Shown: positions 47,501 to 59,329 of the stretch, piece after piece
How the letters are laid out: each line of letters starts with the position of its first letter
Position numbering within the stretch: the first letter of the stretch is position 1
Notes under the pieces: generated by a model
Databases searched by the model: none
The model's input: the letters and a program-made list of their open reading frames with translations, nothing else
Told to the model about the DNA's origin: nothing
Source of the DNA: Lama glama
Taxonomy: Eukaryota
Direction of reading: 5' to 3'
DNA length: 64,000 nt
Assembly (NCBI GenBank): GCA_028534125.1
Contig: CM052821.1
Coordinates: 56,296,001-56,360,000 of the forward strand
Translations under genes and position numbers: made by a program

Positions 47501-49324
47501 CCCCTGGCTCACCGGCCGAGCAGCCGGTGGGTCTATTAAGTCATTAATAGCTTAGCTCCTTAGCTTCAGGCTCTCTGGTGGGGAGGAGGGCGATTTCCCA
47601 AGTTCCCCGGAGGAGAGGGAGGCAGGGGGCGGAGGAGAGTCAGCAGGAGGAGTCCAGGTGCCGGGGTGTCCTCGCTGGAACTGACACCCCCAGGGGGCCT
47701 GGCAGGCTCCTGGGTCCTGGGTCCTTTGTCCTCTGGAAAGGGCAATGCTTCGTAAAAGCTGGATACTGAGTGACAGGCAGGAGTGATGGGGCCTGGGGAA
47801 AAGCGGAGCAGGGGCCTGACGCAGCCCCTGGGCCACAGGGCGGCGTCAGACGGGGCTGCGGAGGAGCAATGAGGGGGGGAACGGGTTTCCGCACAGCCGT
47901 TCCTCCCGGCACTCCGGGGGCAGTTTGCATTCTCCAAACTTCAAATCCCAGGAGAAATGAGTTGAAAACGAGAGAAGAGAGGAAAGCGTTGCTCCTCCAG
48001 AGTCAGAGCGAAGCCGCCAGCGCAGGGCTGGGAAGGGTGGGAGGGGGCCGGGCGAGGCCGGGGCCAGAGGGAGCCCGGAGGGGCTGGGGGCGAAGGTCCA
48101 AGGGGACGTTCCTGGGACCCAGGTTGGAGGCTCTGGGAGGACCGGGCGGGCAGGCCTGCTTGCATGACGCCGAGCGGCCAGTGTGTGCTCCCAGCCCTGT
48201 CTGCTGCTCATACGTCATCCTTGCAAAATAAGACGCATATGAATGTATTTATATATAAAATGTGCATTATATACAAACCGTGTGAGTGGGGCCAGAAGTA
48301 GGTTCTGGGAGCAGAGGCCGTCCTTTTGGCCATTTGGACGCCAGCCCAGGTGTGCCCGGCCAGGAGGGCGGAGTGCTTCCGGGGCGGGTTGCTCACTGCT
48401 GGGCTCTGCTCTCCTAAACACGCCGAGGTGGGAGGTTCGTCAGAAGGCGTGGACCCTGCGAAACGCGAAATCAGAGTGGATCCAACACCTGGATGACCAG
48501 GAGAAATGTCAGCTTCAACAGCAGAATCAAGATCAGGATGAGCAGACGGAAGGCACTTCAGTCCTGACAAGAAAGGGAAGCAGTGCCACGGGGTGACCGT
48601 CCCCTTGCTCTTTCCCCAGCCTGCTGACCTGGCCCGCCCTGCCGGCAACGCCCCGGACACGCGGTGCCCTCCGACCTCGGGCCTGCCCACGACTTGGTGC
48701 CTCTGGCCCGGCCACCCTGTTTCTATATATTTTTGGCCTCAAACCCCAGACCAGGGTTTGGAGGGCGACAGGGACGGCGTGCCTCTGCGGGTTTCCTTCT
48801 GCTTTGGAGAACGTGTGCTTGGTTTGTCTTATTCCTGCCCCTGTCAGGGTGGGGGCAGCGGTGGGAGGATGTGCGTGGCCAGGGCAGGCGGTGGGCGAGG
48901 CTGGCAGGGAGCCAGCTCTTCGGGCCACTCTCCTGGGTCCCCGCTGAGTGAGGGTTCGCTGCCATGTGCCACCCTCTCAGGGCTGCAGGGCACCCAGGGG
49001 TCCGGCTAAGCCTTGTCCTGGGGGTGCCTGTAGCTGTGCCCCGAGATCAGCATCTGGGGACTGAGAAAAGCAGGTGCTGCCCCAGCGGAGGGGAGGAGTG
49101 GCAGGGCTCGCCCGACCCACTGACGGTCTGGACAGGACAGAGAGCGGGAGGAGGGAGCGCTCGCCCCGGCCGAGCACGTGAGCTGGGACAGGGGCCCCCC
49201 GCCCGTGGGCTGGGGCTCGCGCCCCTGGCCGCGCAGGGTGTCCCGCCTGACGGGGGCAGGCAGGGGACTTCTCAGCCTCCACGGTTGTTTGAGCCAGTTC
49301 CTGTAACAGACTTCTCTGCACAGA

Positions 49325-49485
49325 CGTGTGTCTGTGTCTGTTTCCCTGTCCGTCTCTGTGTCTGCAGTGCGTCTGTGTCCATGCCTGTACCTATGACGTA
49401 TCTGTCTCTGTGTGTAACTGCAACTGTATCTGCGTCTTTGTATGTAGCTGTGTCTGTATCTGTAACTGTGTCTGTATCTACATCT
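49325..49485 (+). repeat. Degenerate (TGTGTC/TGTATC)n hexamer repeat
   Basis: Directly visible. Confidence 0.85.
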
Positions 49486-50920
49486 GCACCCCACTGTTTC
49501 TCTTTCTCCCGAGGACCCTGACTAATGCAGGCGACATCCTGGGGTGCCCCAGGCCTGGAGCCTGCGAGACCCCTCCTTCCACAGCCACGTCTTGGAGCAA
49601 GTGTCGCCCACACCCCGGCCCCGTCTGGCCCAGACGCAGCTTGCCCCGGCGGTCACGGAGGGCGGGAGCTAGTGCCCCCAGTGGCGGTTCTTCCAGACTC
49701 TTCTCTCCAGCTGATTACTACTCAGTGCCTGCAAATTCAGAGGACTTGTATGAATTTTAAAACCTGTGACGGATTCGCTTCTTAATGTTCTTACGATTGT
49801 AGGACTCAGGCAAAGCCACTTTCACGGTTCTCCGACTAAACGCATCTGAGAGAAGAGGAAGGCCAGCCAGGGGCTCTTGAGATGCTGCTGTTTGACCTGT
49901 GGCTGCTCATGAATGGTTACACTAAGGTGTCACCTTTATTAGCATTATCTGAAGATGTGACTAAATGTTGGCTTCAATGAGGAGCAGGTGAGGGCGGTGA
50001 CGAGGCGGGCATCACACCATCCATATGAAGATGCAGCAACCCTTGATGAAGGGAGTGGAGATCGGCCGCTCAAGGAGAAACAGCATCAGACCCCGTGAGT
50101 CCCCACCGTTCTGCAGCGACGCTCTGGTTTTCTCCACCCGTCCCAGCCTGCGGCAACGTTGAGTGGGATTCGGCGATTAACAGTTCCCGTATTCTGCTTG
50201 CTTGTTCGCGTGCCTGCTTCTCAGCTCTCTTTGGCTGTGTGTCCCCCAGCCCACAGCAGCGTCCTCCACCCTCGCACAGGCCTGGGGGCACCAGCCTGGT
50301 GTCTCCAATTCTACGTCAGTTGCACCTGCTGAGCTGGAGATGCTCCCTGGGCTCCCCAGCCCCGTGCCGGTCCCGCCAGAGCCACTCAGAAGGAAAGCAG
50401 CTGGCGGCCTCGGCCAAGCCCTGACGTGCTGACTCCCGAGGCAGGACTCAGGGTTCTTGCCTGGTGACCACGTGGAACGATGGCAGGGGCGAAAAGCCTC
50501 TCCTTCCTCCTAGCTTTCCTTCTGATGCTGACACACGTCCTCAGCTCACTGGCGGCTGTGCTGACTTCATCCTCGGCCTCCTTATCGCCCTGTGTCTGGC
50601 CCACCGTTTCTACATGGCGACTCAGCTCTCCAGATGACGTGACCTCAGTGCAGATGGGCCAGAGGGCACTGGAGCTTGGGGCAGAGTCCTGCGGCATCCC
50701 CGACCCGTGTGTCTGTGGGTGACGCAGCTGGGTGCTCCCAGAGGAAGAGGGGGGAGGGGAGGTCTCCTCCTCCCAGGACTCTTTACGTCTCGGATGCCAG
50801 GAGAGGATAAAGCAGACCCCAGCCCTTAGGGAGGAAGGAGGGTGGACAGGGCCTGCAGGGAGGCCAGCCAAGCAACTTTCTGGAAAAGCCCCTCTTACCA
50901 GCCAAGCCAGAGGCTGGATC

Positions 50921-51128
50921 TGTATGTTGTCCATTTCCTGGGGCTGTTGGAACAAAGCCTCACAGTCTGGGAAGCTGAAATGACAGAAATGTATTCTCTC
51001 CTGGCCCTGGTGACCTCATTTTACCCCAGCCTCCCCTTTAAAGACCCTGTCTCCAAATACAGCCACATTCTGAGGAGCTGGAGGCTGGGACCCCGGCACA
51101 CAAAGGTGGGGGTGCCAGGATGACACAG
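50921..51128 (-). mobile_element. MLT1B/C-like LTR with internal deletion
   Basis: 'acagaaatgtattctctc' is joined directly to 'gacctcatttt...aaagaccctgtctccaaatacagccacattctgagg'. Confidence 0.75.
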
Positions 51129-52294
51129 GAGGTGCGGGGGCCTCTAGGAGGTCCTTGCAGACTCAAGATGGTACACAGCACAGACGGGGCCTGCCGGATC
51201 TCCAGGGAGCCAGGCTCTGCCGTGTCTGCCCCTCCCTCCCCAGCAGACCTCCCTCCATCACACACAGACACTGCTGGGCCCCTCCCGTGGTGCCCAGCCC
51301 CCAGCCAGACACCACCATGACTCCCCGGGGCTTGCTCGGGCCACCTTGCCGTCCAGCTCTGCTGGGGGCTCTCGGGAGCCTGCCCGGGGAGGTTCTCCCT
51401 GCACATTCCCTTTCCTGGGGTGCCCCCACCCCTGACCTGCGAGCTCAGCCCTGTCCCCTGGGGAGGTGATGCTCAGGCCCTGAGGACAGTGAGGACTCAG
51501 GGGGCAGCAGGGCCTGTCCTTTCTGAGCAGGTGTCACCAACAAATCACAGTTTCACCTTCATTTTGCCCACAGGGCGGGGGCCGGTCCCACGGAGGCCCC
51601 AGGTCACCTCAGTGACTGGGCTGCGCTTTCTGCCGCCCCTAAGGCAGTCGCCGCAGGGTACGAAATTGGGGAGAAGGGAGAAGGGAAATAAGAACAAGCT
51701 CAGACCCTTGAGCCCACCCCCAGCAGCCGCCTCCAGATGGGGCTTCCGAGGAAGCCTGCAGGAAGCTTCTGGAACCTCCCCGCCCAGCCCCCCCACCCCC
51801 GTGGTTCCCTCTCCAGTAGGAGGGGGACACAGAGGGCACTGGTTTCTGATGCTGCCAACACATCCCCAACATTCAGCTGCTGGACACAGGCTTCTCCATC
51901 GTCTCGATGTTCAGGTCACGAGTCTGGCAGCCATGGTGGCTTCTCCGCTCGGCCCCACAAAGCAGAGATCCAGGTGTCGGGGCTGGGTCCTTGTCCGGAG
52001 GCACCCAGACCCACACTCACTCGGGTTCTTGGCAGAATCCAGCTCCTGCGGCAGTAGCTGGGCTCCTGGGGGCCACCTGGTCCACTCCGTCCACCCAGCA
52101 GCAATGGTCCCTCACCCCCTCCCTCTCTGAGTCTCTGGAACTTCATCTTCCAACAACACGGGAAACACTCTGCTTCAGGAGTGCTCGTGCTCAGCAAGGG
52201 GTGGCCCTGTGGCAACAGTGCAGACGCACCGAGGCCCCCCAGGGGGCGGGCACCCGGAGCCCTGGCCCGCCTTCCCGGGCCTCGGGGCGGGAGG

Positions 52295-52520
52295 TGTGAT
52301 GTTAATTTCACGTGTCAGCTTAACAGGGCCTCAGGGTGCCTGGGTGTCTGGGTGCGTCTGGGAGGCATCTCTGGCTGTGGCTAACGCTAGAATCATGGAC
52401 TTAGCGAAGTGGAGGCCCTCCCCAGTGTGGGGGCCCCGCTCAGCCCACTGAGGGCTGAACAGAGCCAATAGCCAGACCCTCTCCCAGAGCACTGCCTGCC
52501 CTGCTCCCTGGGACCTTTGA
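52295..52520 (+). mobile_element. ERVL LTR 5' part, MLT2-like
   Basis: 'tgtgatgttaatttcacgtgtcagcttaacagggcc...gccctccccagtgtggg...ctgagggctgaacagagc'. Confidence 0.8.
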
Positions 52521-52959
52521 CTCAAGCTCCCTTTTCCTCCCCCGAAGGAGGGCCGCAGGTGCAATCTTCACCAACCTGGGGGACATGAGACAGGACCGGG
52601 GGCTCTGGGAGGGAACGCCCAGGGTCTTGTGCCGACATCTGTCTGTCTTGCCTTCAAGACAAGCAAGAGAGGCCAGGGAGGTCCAGGGCCTGGGAAAGTC
52701 TAGGAGAAGCTCGCTGAGTCGCTGACACCTGCTGTGGGCACGGTGCCCCGAGCCCCAGGGAGGAGAAGGGGTCGTGGCCTGGACCGGAGCACCCCCTCCC
52801 TCCCGGCAGCCCGCCCTGGGGCAGACAGGCCTGGGCTGGAGCTGCTGGCATCTCAGAGCCCCTTGGATGCTGCGGAGACCATGACATCACCAGTCACGCC
52901 CTGGGCTCGGCTGGGCTCTTCCCAGCCTCTGTGTGACGACTCTGTTCTGCTTTGTGAAG

Positions 52960-54200
52960 ACTCTGCTGATTGGATTGAAGGTGCTCTCTGTCTCAGAAGT
53001 AAATTTAATCAACTGTCTCCTTCCTTCATGTTATTCAGGTTTGCAAAACGATCTCTCCAACTCGCATCCTCCATTTTCTATGAATTGAAAATTACTACAA
53101 TTTCACCTCTGAAAGGGGTCTCCTGTCTAATCTAGGAGAAACCTCAGTAAAAATTGCGTATAAGTCGGATAACTGTAGCCTATACGCGTGTCTGGTGTGT
53201 GTACGTATGTGTATTTCTGCACACCAGGAATGACTCCATTTTGTAAGAAAAATGCCACTTTTCCCCTGATTCTTTCACAGAATGCCCCATCAGCCCCTTC
53301 CAGCGATGGTCACTGGTCACCTCCCAGGACCTGGAGTGGAGTCGGGGATGTCCTTGCTCTGGGGATGGGAGTCCAAGACCCTCCTGGGTGCCCACAGGTC
53401 CCGAGCACGGAAGAGTCACTGCCCTGCTGGAGGTGTGGAGGAGGATAAAAATAGAACGGCCTCCTCGGGCCGGGGCGCTGACAGCCACATTACGCCCAGA
53501 TTGGAATGGTCGCGGGCGCCATCCCCAAATTAGCCCATTTTTTACAAAGACGATAATGGAGGCCGAGGCCGCGTTCCAGTCCACTTCTGCGTCTGTCCTG
53601 AAATAGCTGTCTGCTGGTCATCGCTTCTGCATTAATGTTTCCATCCCGATTCAATTACATCGCGCGTATTTCTGGGCCGCTGGTTTATCATGTAAGAATG
53701 TAATTTAAAAGTGATCTGCACCTCACATCCAATATCTAGGGGAAAAATTAAGTAAAAAGTAATGAATGCCACCCATCTCCCCACAGCCACACGTTAACAC
53801 ACTTGGCCCTTTAAATTCTTTATTGAGAGCGCGGAGATGAGGCCCAGCAGCGGCGGCCGGGGAACGTCACCGTTAATGGGGCTGTGCTCAGATTATTCAG
53901 CGAGACCCGCCATTAAGAGACCCACGCTGCTTGTTAAGTGCAGCTGGGGTTATTTGGCCCTGTGATCTGTGATCATGCATCAATATTTTAAATGCATTTT
54001 CAATTTGGGATGTGTTTTAAAGCAACTCACGATTGGTAGACAAGTGTAAATCAGAGTATTAAATTAATCACGTAATGAGTATGGTGGTGACACCGTTGAG
54101 TTTATTTTCCTTTATTTTAATGTGGTTAGAGGACCCTGCACTTTTGAAATGAATTAAAAGCTCTGTATTTAAGACACGGTGACTCCAAATTAAGCTCCAA
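52960..54200. promoter_or_regulatory. Large candidate conserved enhancer region
   Basis: About 1.2 kb of unique sequence with AT-rich blocks dense in TAAT/ATTA motifs and no repeat similarity that I could see. Confidence 0.5.
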
Positions 54201-54557
54201 TGGCCTATCCATCTGCAATTCCCATCTGAGACGTCTTTCCACCAGCGTGTGGCCATGAGGGGACAAACCGTGTTTAGGATCCTCGTCACATCTTAGCTCT
54301 GGGCTAGGTCTCGTCAATCATAGGGCAACAGACGCTGCCCCATGAAGGCGTCGCTCCAAAGCAAGGCCTTGGACAGTCGAAGCCCCAAGGCCCCCATACC
54401 AGGATAAGAGGTAGCCAGATGCGGGGGGGCCTTGACCTACTCGTCCACTTGCCAAAGCAGTGAGCGATGCTGGGGGAGCCTCCCTGGTGGCCTGGCGGGA
54501 AGCCTGCACCGCTGCTCAAGGGGCTGGGCTGGCGAGGCCGTGAGAACACGGCGGGGC

Positions 54558-54578
54558 ATCAGCACCAAGGCCAGCTCC
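54558..54578 (+). promoter_or_regulatory. RE1-like site with one core mismatch
   Basis: ATCAGCACCAAGGCCAGCTCC (GGCCAG in place of GGACAG). Confidence 0.35.
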
Positions 54579-57487
54579 ACAGCCCTGGTCCTGGTCCTCT
54601 TTTCTGTTTTGGGTGCTGATCACCTTGAACTTCAGGCCTCCATGGATTACAGCCTCCAGACAAAATGAGGGGTCCTGGGGCTGTTCTGTCTGAGGTGGAG
54701 AGGGACTCTTCCCTCCCCCTTCTCATCCTCCCGAATGCCTCCATGGACTTTCGTGCTGCTGCCTCAGAGAGGGTGGGCCTGGGCCCCTCGGGTGGTGGGG
54801 GCGTGAAGGGGCCCAGACACCCCCAGGGAGGGCACCCACAGGCCCCTAACCCCAGTGGCAGCTTCAGGGCCCACATCACGATGCTCTTCCCCTGAGATGC
54901 TGGCCTCCTGAGATGAAGGCCCGCACTTCCCAGCACTGAGGGCAGGAGCTGGATCTTTCAGCTGCCAGGCAGAGCCCCCAGGTGATCTCCAACCAAAGGC
55001 CGCTGTGGCCCGCCAGGACAGGTGGGCACCTCAGGCCGGGGCCGCAGGGACCACCAGCCTGCCCTCCCCTCAAGGCTGCACTCTGCTTCCAGCCTCTGCA
55101 TCCCTCTCTGTGGCCCCCTCCTCTTGGCCAGGGCCATCCTCCCAAGTGCAGACCTGTCGCGTGCCTCCTGTCCCGTGAGCAGAGCTCGTGGCTGGCTGCC
55201 TGGCTTCTGGGCGGAGATGAGAACTGGCCGCTGATGACGAGGCCTGCAGGACCCACGTGTCCCTGCCCAGCCGTGCCTTCCTACCCCCGCGGCCTGACTG
55301 CAGCCACTCCAGCTCCTCGCCAGCACTGAGCTGACTGACTGTGGCTGTCGGCCTGGAGCCCGCAGGAGCCCCGTCCCTTCTCTCTGAAGGCCTTGCCCAA
55401 GCTGCTGGCTTTCCTGCGGTCAGCCCCAGTGCTCCAGCCCTGACCTGGGCATCCCTCCTCAGAGCCGTCCACCTCCCTCGCCCACTGGCCAAGCCCAGTC
55501 ACTTCGCGGAAAGCTGTGTGCCCGTCTGTAACTGCAGGGCGTCACTGCAGTGTGTCTGTCATGGCCCATGTGCCCCGGGCTGTGAGGTCCCGGGGCAGGG
55601 GCTCTGCCCTCACGGCCCACTGTCACCCTGATGCCCAGCCCCCAGCCCGGCACGCAGGGGGACCCAACGGCATGGAAGAAAGGGAGGGCGGGGCAGAGGG
55701 AGGGAGGGGTAGCCGGTGGATGGGTGGATGATCGGATGAGTGAACTCCGCGCCGTTGTCGGAGGAGCTCCCGTCAGGCGCGGGCTGCTGTGCTGCTGGCT
55801 GAGAGCTCAGTGCTGCGGCGTCGACAGTCAGTTCTGGACGAGGTGTCTTGCGTGACGGAGGTGGTGCAGACGCTGCGAGGGGAGGCTCCTGGAACCCAGC
55901 CCGGCGTTCTCCCAGGAGCAGCGGCTCAGCGGTCCTGACTCAGCGTCAGGTCGGCCACCTGGAGGGAAGGGCTGTGGGCGGAGAATCCGCAGTTTCCCCT
56001 CCCCAGGCCCCTCCCCGCCGGTGGCGTCTGTGATCAGACCAGAGGTGGACTCAGAGCTGCCGGCCCACCGCGCCCCATCCTCACACACCCGGGAGTCCTG
56101 TCCAGGCCTCAGGTCCTGCAGACCCACCCGACGGGCACTGGAGTGCGGCAAGCTGGAGGGTCAAGGGCCCAGTAGGGGTCCCACTGCAGCCGGCCCAGCC
56201 CCTCAGCCTGGGACCAATCCCCGCGCTCAGAGGGGGGCTGTGAGAAGCCTGCTCTCCAAGCACATCCACAGAGACGGCTCACTCTGGGCGGCGCTGAGCA
56301 AGCCCTGCAGGTCGGGGGTGGACAGGGAGCCTTGAATCCCATCGGCAGAGTTGACCTGAGCCCGGGGGCCCCCTTGCAGGACCCCGCAGGCAGGCGGCTC
56401 TTCTCAGGGTCACCGGCCTGCCTCGGGGCCTTCGGAGCCCACTGCTGCACTCGGGTGTGTGTCGGCTGCAAACAGGACCCTCTCCACATGGAAGCCGAGC
56501 CTCAAGGAAGAGCCACGGGAGGGAGGGGCTGTTCACCCGAGTTCTGTCTCATGGATACTCATCTCCTTATCTGCAGCTATGCCAGCACAGCCAGCGCAGT
56601 GCTACTCCTGCAGCAAAAGGTGTCGGGGGCAACTTCCCGAGGAGTGAGGGTGGGATCCAGAGCCAGCCACCAGCAGTCAGGCTCCCCGGCTGGAGCTGAG
56701 CTGGGGCTGTCGGGACTCCTGGGCCACCTACGTCCTCCCTCGGGGACCAGAGCTGAAGAGCAGATGGAGCCAGAAGCCCACCGTCCCCCTTGCTACCCAG
56801 CCCAGAATGTTCCACAGACCAGGACACAAAGGATGTGCACCCCCTGCCCCCCACCCCCACCCGGAGCGACCCCTCCCCCATGCGCCTGCTGAACCCTCGG
56901 TGGGGTGAGCCTTGCCTGAGCCTTTCTGGGGGTGGGAGGCAGCAAAGGCAGAAATCCTGACCCTTAAGAGGAGTCCCCCGATGTCCTGGCACGGGCACCC
57001 CTTCCCCTGCCTGCCCTCTTTGCTCTTTGATGGATTCTCACCTAGGGCTGCCTGGCTGTGCCCGGGCAGACCGTCATGAGTCCCGGGACCAGAAGTGGTT
57101 CTGCGTGCCTTGGGCGCCAGCACTGGGTACATCACAGCTGCCCAGGAAATGCCGCCTCCAGGCTCTGAATTGAACGGGTCACGGGTCGCACTTACTACAG
57201 GGCGTGGAGGTGAGGCATGCTGGCCGCCCGTCACGTGGAGAGATCCCACAGCTGCTCAAGGTCCCAGCAACCCCAAACAGGGAGGGGGCCCCGTGGTGAC
57301 AGCACATCCCAGGGGTGGGTCAGCAGCGAGGCCCCGAGTGTACGTGAGCGTGTGCTTTGGTGGAAGGTCAGGAGGCTGGTCCAGCCCCGATCGGGGAGCG
57401 CGGACCTGCTGTGAGCACGCGCAGATGAGAACCCCGCCTCGGCAGCTGGGAGTGGGGCCGGCATGGGTTCTCTCCTGCTCGCCCGCA

Positions 57488-57665
57488 TCACCTTTGCCTG
57501 GCCTCCGTGGTCTTACCTGTGAAAGGGGGACCGTGACAGAACTTACTCTATAGAAGCACCAGAGGATTAAATAAAATGTTCCATGCAACCTCTGGGCATA
57601 AACCAAGCCACGTACCTCACCAGCGTAGGGCATGCACAAGAGCTGAATAAATATGAGTGGATACT
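57488..57665 (+). mobile_element. MIR SINE
   Basis: 'gcctccgtggtcttacctgtgaaaggggg...gaggattaaataaaatg...aataaat'. Confidence 0.65.
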
Positions 57666-57679
57666 ACCCAGGTCCCCAC

Positions 57680-58040
57680 TGTGTCACCGGCCCCCTCAGG
57701 CCGGGCGACAGGGCACCGCGGACCGGGCGGCTTCTCGCCAGGCACTGACTTCCTCGCGGCTCTGGAGGTCGACACCCAGGACCCCGGTGTCAGCGGGGCC
57801 TGTGTCTGTCGCCGGCTCACCCTCTGGGCTGCAGATGCCACCGTCTTGCTCTGTGGTCCCCTGCACGGACCCCCTGGTGCCTTCTTATAAGGACACTAAT
57901 CCTGTTGGGTCAGGGCCCCACCTCTAGGATCTAATTTAACCCGGATTACATCCTTAGAGGCGCTGTCTCCACATAGTCACGCTGAGGGTCAGGCTGCAAC
58001 GTACAACCATGGAAGGACGTGAGTATTCAGCCCAGCTTCA
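57680..58040 (-). mobile_element. MaLR LTR, MLT1B-like
   Basis: 'cttcttataaggacactaatcctgttgggtcagggccccacc...tttaacccggattacatc...ctgtctccacatagtcac'. Confidence 0.8.
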
Positions 58041-58612
58041 CCAAGGGCTGCCAACGCTCTGTGGCTTTGTGACGGAGGCGTGCTGATTAGAAAGGCAGGA
58101 GGGTGCTCCAAGGGTTCGGAACGAGAGAGAAAGCAGTGGTTGGGCAGCGGTCAGCAAGGGTTTCGTGGAGGCGGACCCAGGAGGAGGGTTAGAGGGCGTG
58201 GCGAGGGGTCAAGTTAGCCTGAGCAAGATGTGGACGTGGCATCATGTCCAGTGACGGTGCGTCTGAAGGCAGAAGGGCCAGCGGGCAGGAGGGCATGTCC
58301 TCCCACCACCTGGCAACCCTGTGGCTGCAGACGGCAGCTCCAGTGTCACCCTGCTTGATGCCAGTGGCCTGGGAGAAAAGCCACCAGCCCCGCCCACCTT
58401 GAGCTTCTCTTTGGATGCAGTGCCTCCCAGCCACAGCAGCTTCGATGGCACGAAGTGGGTCCCCTGTGGCAGTGACACTGGGTCACCTGCTGGATGAAGA
58501 GATGGAGGTTCCCCTTGTGACACTGAGATGCCACCAACACTTGGGGTCTGTCACAGGTTTGTGGATAATAGATCCTATCACACATGAGGAGAATTCATAA
58601 TGTGGAGATGAA

Positions 58613-58824
58613 NNNNNNNNNNNNNNNNNNNNNNNNNNNNNNNNNNNNNNNNNNNNNNNNNNNNNNNNNNNNNNNNNNNNNNNNNNNNNNNNNNNNNNNN
58701 NNNNNNNNNNNNNNNNNNNNNNNNNNNNNNNNNNNNNNNNNNNNNNNNNNNNNNNNNNNNNNNNNNNNNNNNNNNNNNNNNNNNNNNNNNNNNNNNNNNN
58801 NNNNNNNNNNNNNNNNNNNNNNNN
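58613..58824. other. Assembly gap (212 N)
   Basis: N run. Confidence 1.
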
Positions 58825-59329
58825 CGAAGTCTGATCTAATCACGGTTGACTGAGAAAGAGAGAGTGTTCTCGGCTTAAACAGACATTGTTCTGACTATCT
58901 TTACTGGGCTGCAAAAAAAAGGGTTATGCTAATTAGGAACTTGAGGTTGCTGGATTCAGGAAGCAGGTACTCAGCAGTGCAACACTTCTCTGAGTCAGAA
59001 AAAAACCTGATGAATCTACTGTCTTACCAGCCTTGGGAAGGATGAAGCGCCACGTCGAAGAAGAGGGGATGGCAGAGAAGTTGCCTGAAAGTCTGGATTT
59101 GATGCTGATAAGTGTTCAGGAAGGAGTGGACTCCCGCTCACGGATCTGAGAGGTTTGACTCAACAGAGTATTGCAGGGTGTTGGCGGCAGCCCCACGTTT
59201 CCTGTGCGTCTGAGGGGGGGACGCCAGGGGACCGAGGGGAGGTGCACGCAGGTGGTGGGCCTCAGCCTGGACTCGGGACCCAGCAACACAGCTTAGCACG
59301 CTGCCCGCCCGTGGGCCTGGGCTTCCAGA

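Noticed and set aside
48440-48596. Protein-looking stretch 'EWIQHLDDQEKCQLQQQNQDQDEQ'
   Set aside because: No convincing splice sites and no homology I can recognise.
49669-49686. Second CTCF-like motif (minus strand GCCACTGGGGGCACTAG)
   Set aside because: It lacks the conserved AG core register, and such partial matches are common at this GC content.
58990-59130. Possible CR1/L3 RT remnant ('FDADKC' resembling 'FNxDKC')
   Set aside because: The match is too short to support without a profile search.
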